The notes: generated by a model not told the origin, from the letters alone. DNA of 64,000 nucleotides from a virus (IMGVR_UViG_3300009702_000014:62445-126444), one strand, 5' to 3'. Shown: positions 1 through 7,798, counted from the stretch's first letter. Numbers and translations are program-made.

Positions 1-186
1 TAACACGCAAGTTAGCCATGCTCAAATCCTATCATGTTGCTCAATGAGAAGTATTAAACAACTCCACTAACTTTTCATTCGGCTCGGGAGGACGTTTTAG
101 AGCCTCCACAAATTTAAGGCTCTCCTCAGGAGAGAGAATAATGGGCGCTTCCATATCCTTTGTATAAGCAACACATTCGTCGTCCA

Positions 187-567
187 TTATTGCTCCTTTG
201 CAGACAGATAGGGGACTCCAAGAATATATGAGGATTCAATGTGCGTCCTATTGATACCGTTATACTCTTCCCACTTTTCAGGGTTTGAATACTCAGAGGG
301 CTCAGGCCATGCAGCTAAATAAGCTTTCCACTTACCCAAACGTTCTTCCATACGGTTGACATTTTTCATAAGATATTCTTTGACTTTCTCCAAATCAAAA
401 AAGATAAGCCCTTCAAATACCATTTCATAGCCGCCTAGATGGGTATTACGACAAATATAGTACTTTTGACCGCGTGAATCCGTATATTCAGATACTGTTT
501 CTACTACATCTACACGCTCAGTGAATGGATAGTTGTGTGGATGGGAATTAACCTTATATGCTTTCAT
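187..567 (-). CDS. hypothetical protein
   Basis: 126-aa ORF in the six-frame track; no recognisable motif. Confidence 0.4.
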   Translation of the reverse strand: MKAYKVNSHPHNYPFTERVDVVETVSEYTDSRGQKYYICRNTHLGGYEMVFEGLIFFDLEKVKEYLMKNVNRMEERLGKWKAYLAAWPEPSEYSNPEKWEEYNGINRTHIESSYILGVPYLSAKEQ

Positions 568-604
568 GCTGCCATCCTTTCTTTGCTCTTATTTCGAACA
601 AAAG

Positions 605-689
605 TGGTGGGAGAGGTAGGATTCGAACCTACTAAGCCTAAGGCATCCGGGTTACAGCCGGACACAACTCGCCATCGTTGCCGCTCTCC
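605..689 (-). tRNA. tRNA-Tyr(GTA), type II with long variable arm, CCA encoded
   Basis: reverse complement gives acceptor GGGAGAG/CTCTCCC, anticodon stem TCCGG/CCGGA with loop CTGTAAC, T-arm GGTTCGAATCC, 3' ACCA. Confidence 0.6.
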
Positions 690-826
690 CATAAATTGAG
701 TATCCTTTTTCGTCGGGCGGCGATACTCGTTCCGCTCCCCGCAACCCGAACCTGTCCTCGGTCAAGCGTCTATCCGCTTTGTCTGCCGTTGCTATTCACG
801 GCTGTCAAACCTATGGTGGGGCTGTA

Positions 827-909
827 TGGTGGACGAAGAGGGACTTGAACCCACGGCCTACGCGCTACGCGCTGCCAGCGCGTTGCTCTTCCAACTGAGC
901 TATTCGCCC
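827..909 (-). tRNA. tRNA-Ala(GGC) carrying a 7-nt tandem duplication (CGCGTAG x2) after the anticodon stem; possibly non-functional
   Basis: acceptor GGGCGAA/TTCGTCC with G3:U70; D-arm GCTCAGTTGGAAGAGC; anticodon loop CTGGCAG; T-loop TTCAAGT; CCA encoded; removing one CGCGTAG copy leaves a canonical 76-nt tRNA. Confidence 0.5.
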
Positions 910-973
910 ATACACACACCATAGTATATCATGTAATGAGAAGCATGTGAATATTTAGCTTCCTCTTTCCCGA

Positions 974-1049
974 TGGTAGCGTAGCACGGATTCGAACCGA
1001 GATTACCAGCTTGAAGGGCTGGTGTCCTGTACCCTTAGACGACTACGCC
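974..1049 (-). tRNA. tRNA-Glu(TTC)
   Basis: reverse complement GGCGTAGTCGTCTAAGGGTACAGGACACCAGCCCTTCAAGCTGGTAATCTCGGTTCGAATCCGTGCTACGCTACCA; resembles bacterial tRNA-Glu as recalled; anticodon loop CCTTCAA. Confidence 0.65.
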
Positions 1050-1259
1050 TTAATTGTACTGCTTGTCGATTTGTTCCTCGGAAAGCACCATGTAGCGCCC
1101 TTCATGCTCTCCCTCTGTAATTCGGCACTTATGATAGGGCTTTCCAAAATGACGCGTTAGAACAATCGCTACTCCACGTGCTTCTTTCTCTGTGTAGAGC
1201 TTTTCATTGACTACTGACACGGTACGGTTCATTTTTTTCCTTCTCCAAGCGTGGCGCAA
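1050..1259 (-). CDS. hypothetical small protein
   Basis: 69-aa ORF between tRNA genes. Confidence 0.3.
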   Translation of the reverse strand: MRHAWRRKKMNRTVSVVNEKLYTEKEARGVAIVLTRHFGKPYHKCRITEGEHEGRYMVLSEEQIDKQYN

Positions 1260-1431
1260 TAAAGTGTTTGACTCGATAGTTTAGATTGTCGGCCAGAGCA
1301 ATAAGCTCTTGGTCTGTAAGAATAGTGAATGGAGCGCCCCAACCGTTTCTTTTGACTATACCATCAAAACGAATTACATGTTCATCAGGTTCCCGACTAG
1401 AAACTACTGTAACTTTTGGCCCCATGCTCAA
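1204..1431 (-). CDS. hypothetical small protein
   Basis: 75-aa ORF between tRNA genes. Confidence 0.3.
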   Translation of the reverse strand: MSMGPKVTVVSSREPDEHVIRFDGIVKRNGWGAPFTILTDQELIALADNLNYRVKHFIAPRLEKEKNEPYRVSSQ

Positions 1432-1447
1432 ACTCCTTACTTAAAAA

Positions 1448-1523
1448 TGGTGTACCAGAAGGGACTCCAACCCCTAACCCCCCGAATGCAAATCGGGCGC
1501 TCTCGCAGTTGAGCTACTGGCAC
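1448..1523 (-). tRNA. tRNA-Ala(TGC)
   Basis: acceptor GTGCCAG/CTGGTAC with G3:U70; anticodon stem CCCGA/TCGGG with loop TTTGCAT; T-loop TTGGAGT; CCA encoded. Confidence 0.65.
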
Positions 1524-1527
1524 GTGA

Positions 1528-1598
1528 TGGTGGAGGCCGAGGGAATCGAACCCTCCAAAGAATGTCTGCATAACATTCAAGCTATTCCTAAAGCCCCC
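1528..1598 (-). tRNA. atypical tRNA-like element (71 nt, reduced D-arm); isotype unresolved
   Basis: canonical T-arm GAGGGTTCGATTCCCTC and ACCA 3' end; acceptor GGGGGCT/GGCCTCC; anticodon region GAATGTTATGCAGACATTC folds ambiguously; D-arm only about 3 bp. Confidence 0.35.
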
Positions 1599-1672
1599 AC
1601 AGTTATAGGAAACAGGGTGTGCTAGCCTATGGTCTAACTTCCTATTTCCATCTGTCGCAGATAATGTCTGCG

Positions 1673-1758
1673 TGGCGGAAGGTGAGGGAATCGAACCCCC
1701 GAGGCTGTTACGCCCAACTGTTTTCAAGACAGGTTCCTCGACCAACCGGGCACCTTCC
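1673..1758 (-). tRNA. tRNA-Ser(TGA), type II
   Basis: acceptor GGAAGGT/ACCTTCC; anticodon loop CTTGAAA; long variable arm; T-arm GGGGGTTCGATTCCCTC; CCA encoded; 86 nt. Confidence 0.6.
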
Positions 1759-1761
1759 ATA

Positions 1762-1836
1762 TGGTCCTCCCGGTAGGAATCGAACCCACGCTGTTCCGAT
1801 TAAAAGTCGGTTGCCTAACCATTCGGCCACGGGAGG
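1762..1836 (-). tRNA. tRNA-Lys(TTT)
   Basis: acceptor CCTCCCG/CGGGAGG; anticodon region ACCGACTTTTAATCGGA resembles bacterial tRNA-Lys; T-loop TTCGATT; ACCA. Confidence 0.65.
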
Positions 1837-1968
1837 ATAAATTGTGTAGTTGGCACACGGTATTTGGACGGTTACTTAGCAGCAACGCCACACTATTATT
1901 TCCGTGCTATCCCCATTGGCCCAGGGTACCTTTCGGCCGCCAACCGTCAACAATATAACAGATACAAA

Positions 1969-1983
1969 TATGAGAAGGATTAG
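1969..1983 (-). promoter_or_regulatory. copy of recurrent minus-strand motif CTAATCCTTCTCATA (putative phage promoter), upstream of a tRNA sub-cluster
   Basis: plus strand reads TATGAGAAGGATTAG; same 15-mer family recurs at least 14 times in the window. Confidence 0.5.
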
Positions 1984-1987
1984 AACT

Positions 1988-2064
1988 TGGTGCTCCGGGA
2001 GGGATTTGAACCCGCATCTGGTCTGATTAAGAATCAGCCGCTTTGCCAATTAAGCTACCGAAGC
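1988..2064 (-). tRNA. tRNA-Lys(CTT) (tentative anticodon)
   Basis: acceptor GCTTCGG/CCGGAGC; D-arm GCTTAATTGGCAAAGC; anticodon loop TTCTTAA by position counting; T-loop TTCAAAT; CCA encoded. Confidence 0.5.
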
Positions 2065-2068
2065 ATAA

Positions 2069-2185
2069 GGCGGAGGGAAGGATTCGAACCTCTCACGACC
2101 GGAACCGTGCCACTTCCAACTGGCCCTCACGCATGGGAGAGTTTACCCCGACTTAAGCACCTTTGTCAACCCCTTTCAAGAAAGT
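2069..2185 (-). tRNA. tRNA-like element or elements with a T-arm signature; structure unresolved
   Basis: contains GGATTCGAACC (T-loop on minus strand) and a D-arm-like GCCAGTTGGAAGTGGC, but no convincing acceptor pairing could be found by hand over the 117-nt interval. Confidence 0.25.
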
Positions 2186-2260
2186 TGGCTCTAGGGGCAG
2201 GATTCGAACCTACAACTAACAGGTTAACAGCCTGTCGTGTTACCATTACACCACCCTAGA
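2186..2260 (-). tRNA. tRNA-Asn(GTT)
   Basis: acceptor TCTAGGG/CCCTAGA; anticodon stem ACAGG/CCTGT with loop CTGTTAA; T-arm GTAGGTTCGAATCCTGC; GCCA 3' end. Confidence 0.7.
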
Positions 2261-2269
2261 ATACATGTT

Positions 2270-2640
2270 TTAATGAAGCTGTTTATACTCCTTGCTCGGA
2301 ATTGTAGTTTGTCGTAAGTTATAAACACTATTCCAAGTAGCTAGGACTGCTAAGAGCAGAATAATAAGGGAAACAAAAGAAGTGCTTCCTTTCAGGAGAG
2401 GCAATAAATAGATTAGACCAATAAACGAATAAATACCTATATGAGCGACCTCCTTTGCTTTACGGCCCCATTTCACAAAAAAAGAAAGGGTATCAAAAAC
2501 TACGTTAAATAAGAAAAGGCCAATTATTACTATAAAATAGTGTTCCGCTATAAAGTCCGAGGAACCAACAAGCCAAAGGATTACCAAAGCTACGAGACTA
2601 AAATAAATAATATCGTTAAAGATACGTTTTACGTAAGGCA
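2270..2640 (-). CDS. small integral membrane protein
   Basis: ORF 2270..2698 is strongly hydrophobic with several predicted TM segments; start trimmed to internal Met (MPYVKR) because the upstream part overlaps tRNA-Asp. Confidence 0.4.
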
Positions 2641-2662
2641 TACATAATATCCTCTCAAATAT

Positions 2663-2740
2663 TGGCGGCCTAGACGGGATTCGAACCCGCAACCTCACCG
2701 GCTGACAACCGGGTGTTCAACACCGTAGAACTACTAAGCC
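2663..2740 (-). tRNA. tRNA-Asp(GTC)
   Basis: acceptor GGCTTAG/CTAGGCC; anticodon loop TTGTCAG; T-arm GCGGGTTCGAATCCCGT; GCCA 3' end. Confidence 0.65.
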
Positions 2741-2765
2741 ATACCTAAAGTATATGATAGCAGGA

Positions 2766-2780
2766 AATGAGAAATATTAG
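2766..2780 (-). promoter_or_regulatory. copy of recurrent motif (minus strand CTAATATTTCTCATT) upstream of tRNA-Asp
   Basis: plus strand reads AATGAGAAATATTAG. Confidence 0.45.
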
Positions 2781-2810
2781 ATTGTCAATGTACTTGTCCT
2801 AGAAGGACTT

Positions 2811-2884
2811 TGGCGCGGGAGGAGGGATTCGAACCCATTCACAGAGGAGTTTTGGGGACTCCCTGGCACAACCTACGCTCTCCC
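2811..2884 (-). tRNA. degenerate tRNA-like element (possible tRNA-Trp(CCA) remnant)
   Basis: T-loop TTCGAAT and GCGCCA 3' end; good anticodon-like hairpin GGAGT-CCCCAAA-ACTCC; acceptor and T-stems pair poorly and the D region is shortened. Confidence 0.3.
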
Positions 2885-3328
2885 ACATGTGCGGATGTGT
2901 TTTCTAATAGCATTATCCGAAACGCCTAACTCTCTACCCAAAGCAGAATACCCGATTTCTTCGGCTCGGGCTGTGAGGTATTCCACAGGAGGCCAGTCTA
3001 TCTTTTTACGGCGAAAATCGTACCAAGTTTTTATATAATTAGGTTTCACTCGGTAACGAGTGTCTAAGCATATATAAGCGCCGTCCATACGTTTCACAAG
3101 AGGATTTTTCTTGTTTCTATGGTACCGCGCATGGTGTCGCTGACTTAGAAAAACCATCAAATTACTTGGGACGTTGTGCGCTCGATTTTCGTCCATATGA
3201 TGCACAACTTCATAATTTTTTAATGGCCTCCCAAGCATCCTCTCAGCGACCAATACATGTTCCCATACACATCCGTTGGGGCGTGCTCTAGGGTGGGCGG
3301 GGCGATAAATTTCAACATAGTTATTCAT
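2873..3328 (-). CDS. HNH homing-type endonuclease
   Basis: HNH motif VVHHMDENRAHNVPSNLMVFLSQRHHARYH; start trimmed to internal Met (MNNYVEIY) because upstream ORF sequence overlaps tRNA-Gly; embedded in the tRNA array. Confidence 0.6.
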   Translation of the reverse strand: MNNYVEIYRPAHPRARPNGCVWEHVLVAERMLGRPLKNYEVVHHMDENRAHNVPSNLMVFLSQRHHARYHRNKKNPLVKRMDGAYICLDTRYRVKPNYIKTWYDFRRKKIDWPPVEYLTARAEEIGYSALGRELGVSDNAIRKHIRTCGRA

Positions 3329-3374
3329 TTTACTGCCCTTTCCGTGTGGAGCGGCATAGGAGAATCGACAAATT

Positions 3375-3450
3375 TGGAGCGGACGGTGAGATTCGAACTC
3401 ACGAAATATCGGTTTGGAGGACCGACGCCTTACCACTTGGCCACGTCCGC
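3375..3450 (-). tRNA. tRNA-Gly(TCC)
   Basis: acceptor GCGGACG/CGTCCGC; anticodon stem TCGGT/ACCGA with loop CCTCCAA; T-arm GGTGAGTTCGAATCTCACC; TCCA 3' end resembles bacterial tRNA-Gly(UCC). Confidence 0.7.
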
Positions 3451-3716
3451 ATAAATTTTACCGCAAGCCGGGGTGGAGGGCCGTATGCATCCGGTTATCC
3501 TCTCACGCAGGGAGCGGTAAGTCCCCTACGCACAGCAAAGCCCCGACCAGTAACTCCCCAGCATCGTAACACTGAGGGTGCCACAGAATAAATCTGTGGG
3601 GGAGAAAATACGGGCAGCTACTCAGGAAACCGACCTTTTGGGTCCGGGGGTGCTTTTTGCGTCACTCTGTCGCCGGGTTTGCCCAACCCTATTATCCTCT
3701 CGGCGTGACGGCGGTA

Positions 3717-3806
3717 TGGCGGTGGGAATAGGATTCGAACCTATGGACCTCTTTCGAAATCACGTACTTTCCAGGCACGCCCAATAAACCGCTCTGGCAT
3801 CCCACC
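3717..3806 (-). tRNA. tRNA-Ser(GGA), type II
   Basis: acceptor GGTGGGA/TCCCACC; anticodon stem CGTGC/GTACG with loop CTGGAAA; long variable arm; T-arm ATAGGTTCGAATCCTAT; GCCA; 90 nt. Confidence 0.6.
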
Positions 3807-3853
3807 ATGTTCAAACTTGCATTCATTACATTTGAACAGTATAATATACTTAT

Positions 3854-4399
3854 ATGAAAACTACATTAGAAAACGACATTCTTACTTTAAGAAAAGAAGG
3901 AAAAACTTATTCTCAAATTCAAAAAGAACTAGGCTGTTCCAGAGGCACTATTTCTTATTATGTTGGTAAAGGACAGAAAGATAAAACACGTCAACGAAAT
4001 AAAAAAGTTAGAGACGAAAATCCAGTTAGTCGAAAGGTAGCTGAATTTAAATCAAGAGGAAAAGCACGAAAGAATTTTGTTTCTAAAACAAGAGATTTCC
4101 AACGTCGTGACGGTTTATATCTAGCATCTACTCCTGAAACCGTTGATTTTACGTATCAAGACGTGCTAGATAAAATTGGCCCTAATCCTACATGTTATTT
4201 AACAGGACTGCCTATAGATTTATATGACCCGTCCTCTTACCATTTTGACCATATTATCCCTGCATCACAAGGTGGTAATAATTCTCTAGAAAACCTTGGA
4301 ATCGCTTTAAAATCCGCAAACAATGCAAAAGACTCATTACTCTTAGGAGAATTTTTAGACCTGTGTGAAGCAGTTTTGAAACACCACGGTAGAATATAA
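3854..4399 (+). CDS. HNH homing-type endonuclease with N-terminal HTH
   Basis: HNH motif HFDHIIPASQGGNNSLENLGIALKSANNAK; the only plus-strand gene inside the minus-strand tRNA array. Confidence 0.65.
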   Translation: MKTTLENDILTLRKEGKTYSQIQKELGCSRGTISYYVGKGQKDKTRQRNKKVRDENPVSRKVAEFKSRGKARKNFVSKTRDFQRRDGLYLASTPETVDFTYQDVLDKIGPNPTCYLTGLPIDLYDPSSYHFDHIIPASQGGNNSLENLGIALKSANNAKDSLLLGEFLDLCEAVLKHHGRI

Positions 4400-4401
4400 A
4401 T

Positions 4402-4488
4402 TGGCGGAAGGGGTGGGAATCGAACCCACAGGCCCATTGAGCCCCGAATTTAGCAAATTCGGCAGAGTAGCCAATCTCAATCCCTTCC
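4402..4488 (-). tRNA. tRNA-Ser(GCT), type II
   Basis: acceptor GGAAGGG/CCCTTCC; anticodon stem CGAAT/ATTCG with loop TTGCTAA; long variable arm; T-arm GTGGGTTCGATTCCCAC; GCCA. Confidence 0.65.
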
Positions 4489-4629
4489 ATCGCTCCTCTC
4501 AAATTTAATACACATATCATAGCACGTACCTAGTCAAGCTGTCAATCCCCATGTTAAAGGATAATCAACTCTCGATTTCGTCTTTGTCTGCCTGGGTTAG
4601 ATGGGGCCAAAGGGGGCTTTCAACTTCTT

Positions 4630-4647
4630 TATGAGAAGGATTATAGG
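4630..4647 (-). promoter_or_regulatory. copy of recurrent motif (minus strand CCTATAATCCTTCTCATA; includes a TATAAT hexamer)
   Basis: plus strand reads TATGAGAAGGATTATAGG; lies between gene 4652..4858 and the tRNA array. Confidence 0.45.
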
Positions 4648-4651
4648 CTAA

Positions 4652-4858
4652 CTAAGGATGCAAGCACTCGTTTGAATCCCTGTGCCACATGACTCCTTCT
4701 GAATCCTGTTCATATTCTTCATCACCTAGGATATAATTACCGCAAACTTCACATATACCAGCGGTTTCTCCCTCATATAAAATATAGGCTTCTAACCTAC
4801 GAATCTCAGCTAACAAGTCATTCCGCGTCGCATTTCTATGCATAAAAAACCTCCTCAA
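4652..4858 (-). CDS. hypothetical small Cys-containing protein
   Basis: 68-aa ORF with C-x2-C pair (CEVCGN). Confidence 0.35.
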   Translation of the reverse strand: MRRFFMHRNATRNDLLAEIRRLEAYILYEGETAGICEVCGNYILGDEEYEQDSEGVMWHRDSNECLHP

Positions 4859-4880
4859 ATACCTCTTCTATTTCCCAATC

Positions 4881-5108
4881 TTACAAGTTTTCCTCGTTGG
4901 CATAGTCGAAAATAGCCAAAGCCACACTAAGGGATGGTTTGTCGAGGACATAGTGCCTCTTAATGTCCTCTCGGGTTTCCGAATCTAGTACGACCAAAAC
5001 CATCGCATCTATAGCCTCGGCATCATAGATAGACGGGTATTCTTTAGAAATCATCCGTACTAGTTGTTGAATCTTTTCCATAGTCAGTATATTACTCTGC
5101 TGCTTCAT
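4881..5108 (-). CDS. hypothetical protein
   Basis: 75-aa ORF; true start may be the internal Met (MEKIQQ) about 25 nt downstream of the recurrent motif. Confidence 0.35.
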   Translation of the reverse strand: MKQQSNILTMEKIQQLVRMISKEYPSIYDAEAIDAMVLVVLDSETREDIKRHYVLDKPSLSVALAIFDYANEENL

Positions 5109-5120
5109 GAGAAGGATTAG
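5106..5120 (-). promoter_or_regulatory. copy of recurrent motif (minus strand CTAATCCTTCTCATG)
   Basis: plus strand reads CATGAGAAGGATTAG. Confidence 0.45.
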
Positions 5121-5794
5121 AGCCAGCCTTCTTCTTTTAGAAAGCCCCTAAGCCCTCCCACAATTTTATTGTTATAGTAGCGCCAAAGTGTTAAGTCTAA
5201 ATCAGCAACGGTACCTTTGAACCCCTGCTCCTTCCATGCATGATAGAGCAACAGAAACACCCTTTCCAATTCTAGATATCTTTTCGGCCCGCTGGGAGTT
5301 GTTTGTGGCACATGTAAACTATTACCTATATCAGCCTGTTTAAGGTATTTAAGAACATGAGTATCCAACGCCGCGCACTCAGGGGGATTTTTTCGGGAAT
5401 GAAGAATGAAGAATCTGGAGGTTTTCATTCCTATTCCTGGGAATTTCTCTAACTCTTCCAGCGTTAGCTTTTTCAAGTCTTTGATGTCAGAGTAATTCCA
5501 GCTTATGTAGGAGAAAAGGCGCATCATCAAATCATACTTGCCCAACTTGTGCTCTTTTAAAAGCCGTAAAAGCACATTTTCAAGACGATTGAGAGATAAT
5601 GCCATAATAGCTGAGAAAGGAGTCACTTCAAAGCCGCCCATCAGCGGGTATGCCATAATCGACTCCAAAAAAGCATCTACCTTCTTAGCAGTTGTGCCCG
5701 CTGTCTTGCCGCCTACAGCTACAGCGAAAATGAGAAATTCTTGTAATTCTTCGTCCGTTCTGTTAAAATTCGTAATTTTCTGAGGGTCTACCAT
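5117..5794 (-). CDS. HhH-GPD superfamily DNA glycosylase (endonuclease III-like)
   Basis: helix-hairpin-helix LEELEKFPGIGMKTSRFF followed by AALDTHVLKYL (catalytic Asp region, compare endonuclease III VDTHIFRV). Confidence 0.5.
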   Translation of the reverse strand: MVDPQKITNFNRTDEELQEFLIFAVAVGGKTAGTTAKKVDAFLESIMAYPLMGGFEVTPFSAIMALSLNRLENVLLRLLKEHKLGKYDLMMRLFSYISWNYSDIKDLKKLTLEELEKFPGIGMKTSRFFILHSRKNPPECAALDTHVLKYLKQADIGNSLHVPQTTPSGPKRYLELERVFLLLYHAWKEQGFKGTVADLDLTLWRYYNNKIVGGLRGFLKEEGWL

Positions 5795-6015
5795 GACTCC
5801 GAATCAGCAATCATAATAAGGGGACCACCTACAGTGGGGTGTCGTGGATTACGAGGCTGGGTGTCATGGTCTTTACGGACAACAAAAGTAAGATTGTCCT
5901 GCTTGAGAATTACTTCGCCCTCGATACCAAAGAGTTCCTGTACTTCCTGGGGAGTAATATCTCCTGAGAGTGTTGTCTGTTGCCCGTTCATGTAGTAAAT
6001 AGTATGTTCTGCCAT
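5788..6015 (-). CDS. hypothetical protein
   Basis: 75-aa ORF; preceded by motif plus RBS GGAGTAAAA. Confidence 0.4.
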   Translation of the reverse strand: MAEHTIYYMNGQQTTLSGDITPQEVQELFGIEGEVILKQDNLTFVVRKDHDTQPRNPRHPTVGGPLIMIADSESW

Positions 6016-6037
6016 AATGCATTTTACTCCATCTAAG

Positions 6038-6052
6038 TATGAGAAAGATTAG
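6038..6052 (-). promoter_or_regulatory. copy of recurrent motif (minus strand CTAATCTTTCTCATA), 23 nt upstream of the start of 5788..6015
   Basis: plus strand reads TATGAGAAAGATTAG. Confidence 0.5.
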
Positions 6053-6628
6053 TTAGTCCCAAAAGAACGAGAATGCTTGGAGCGTCTTGACGAATTCAGA
6101 GAAGCGCCACATTTCGTCCCACGCGCTGTCCATTTTCATTTCCTGCAATTCACGAAGGCGTGCAATTAGTCCCTCGGTAGCCGGGTGCGCGGTAAAAACC
6201 TCGTGCCACTTGTACTGAGTAGACGCCTTGTTACGGCGAAGCTCAAATGCCTGAATGTAGGGCTGTTCCGTTACAATCGAGGTAAAGGCTTCTTCACGGG
6301 TAGGATAGCCTTCCTCGTGCCAGAAGTAAATACGAGCCGGGTCAAAAGGCTCCCCCTCCAAGGCGGTTTCCGGGACGCTTTCCTTATCCCCGAGGTTGGA
6401 ACGCAGCCCCTCATAGTACAAATTCCACAATTCCTGACTACGAGCGCCGTTGACGGTTACGGTTTCGTTAATAATGCTAGACAGGGTGTGTGCGTTGTAT
6501 CCATCCTCAAGAAAGCTATCCTTAACGGTAAAACGCACCGTCACAAAGATACAACCGCGTTCATCATGAGGACTGTACTCGCCCTGTTTCGTATCAACAG
6601 CCAGAATCTTAAATCCCCGAAAGCTCAT
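6053..6628 (-). CDS. hypothetical protein
   Basis: 191-aa ORF. Confidence 0.45.
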   Translation of the reverse strand: MSFRGFKILAVDTKQGEYSPHDERGCIFVTVRFTVKDSFLEDGYNAHTLSSIINETVTVNGARSQELWNLYYEGLRSNLGDKESVPETALEGEPFDPARIYFWHEEGYPTREEAFTSIVTEQPYIQAFELRRNKASTQYKWHEVFTAHPATEGLIARLRELQEMKMDSAWDEMWRFSEFVKTLQAFSFFWD

Positions 6629-6651
6629 GATGCTATCCTATCCTTCTGTCA

Positions 6652-6675
6652 TATGAGAAGGGTGAGGATTAATCC
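6652..6675 (-). promoter_or_regulatory. variant of recurrent motif with CTCACCC insert (minus strand GGATTAATCCTCACCCTTCTCATA)
   Basis: about 25 nt upstream of start of 6053..6628; the same variant occurs near 24299 and 48769. Confidence 0.45.
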
Positions 6676-6871
6676 CCAAACCTTTTTCCCATAAGAGATT
6701 TTTAATATTTCGAATGAGATTAGTGAGGAGTCAAGGCGAAGGCAAACATTGCTCCTAGCAGAAAGCCGGGTAGCTCCCAGCGCACAAGGCTGCGAATAGA
6801 AAGACGCTGGCCAAAATACCAAAGAATCCCGTAATCAGCAAGCGTTAAAATTACCGCAATAAGCACGTAAA

Positions 6872-7189
6872 TCATGGGTCATTCCTTTCAAAAGTGATTA
6901 TCCAGCCCGCATCAATAAACTCCCCAACAGTCTCCCCCACAGGGGTATTCTCAGCATCCCAATGAAATTCATAGTGGCGGCGACTAAATGCATCAGTTCC
7001 CGCAAAGGTAGAATAGAGGGTCTTTTTCGCGGCCATCAGGTAAAGTTGGGTAGTAATATCCTCGACCGGATGTTCTTTTTCTAAGACCGTATATTCTCCA
7101 AAATCATTCTCAAGGATAACTCGACTGATTGCCAGTTTGGGTTCCTCTGGTAAGGCCCCCATGTCATTTAAATCGTCGCCAAATGCCAT
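6872..7189 (-). CDS. hypothetical protein
   Basis: 105-aa ORF. Confidence 0.4.
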   Translation of the reverse strand: MAFGDDLNDMGALPEEPKLAISRVILENDFGEYTVLEKEHPVEDITTQLYLMAAKKTLYSTFAGTDAFSRRHYEFHWDAENTPVGETVGEFIDAGWIITFERNDP

Positions 7190-7190
7190 C

Positions 7191-7451
7191 TCAAAACTCC
7201 AACATTGCTACGATGGGGTGGAACTCATACCGGTCACTTTGGTCTTCTACCTTGTCAAGAAACCAATCCATAGCTGCACGTACATTTGAGCAATCAAGGG
7301 GCGCAAAAACAGTTCCTTGTGAAATTGGTGCTTCCGTATGAATGTCCTCAACATCATAGTCAATACGAAATTGAATCATAAGGTCAATCCTGAAAAAGAC
7401 GGCCCTCTTGCACGCCCTGTAGAGTCCACCCGCGCCACGTCGAATATACAT
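7191..7451 (-). CDS. hypothetical protein
   Basis: 86-aa ORF adjacent to the previous gene. Confidence 0.35.
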   Translation of the reverse strand: MYIRRGAGGLYRACKRAVFFRIDLMIQFRIDYDVEDIHTEAPISQGTVFAPLDCSNVRAAMDWFLDKVEDQSDRYEFHPIVAMLEF

Positions 7452-7798
7452 AGGCTTGGGCCGCTTTGTAAAGGTCAGTACGACTCTTAGTATCCAATGT
7501 TACACTAACCAGCTTGCGATGGTTCTGTTTGTCGGCAATCAAAAGTTCAACGGGTACTCGCATTTTAACCTGCTTCCTCTTCGAACAGATAATTTGCTAC
7601 ATCATCGGGTCCATAGCCTTGTTCGAATAAATACTCAAAATCTACATCCTCAAAATCTGATAGCTTTGCCCCCATGAAAAGCCAAACGGAATTTTCTACT
7701 TCATCTAACCAGTCGTCATACATCATCGGTCTCCTGTTTAAGTTTGATACAGTCTGCTTACATCACCTGCCATTATAACAATAACAAGAGTGAAGAAA

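Noticed and set aside
691-826. Possible additional tRNA between tRNA-Tyr and tRNA-Ala(GGC)
   Set aside because: It contains only a weak GGTTCGGGT T-loop-like string and no acceptor or anticodon arms that could be folded.
3455-3716. tmRNA in the tRNA-array spacer
   Set aside because: No tRNA-like 3' end (T-arm plus CCA) and no tag-peptide reading frame ending in ..AA-stop could be found.
3346-3787. Plus-strand ORFs 3346..3591 and 3578..3787
   Set aside because: They lie in a GC-rich non-coding spacer inside the minus-strand tRNA array, overlap tRNA-Gly/tRNA-Ser on the opposite strand, and have low-complexity R/G/P-rich translations. They are open frames arising from GC-rich composition, not genes.
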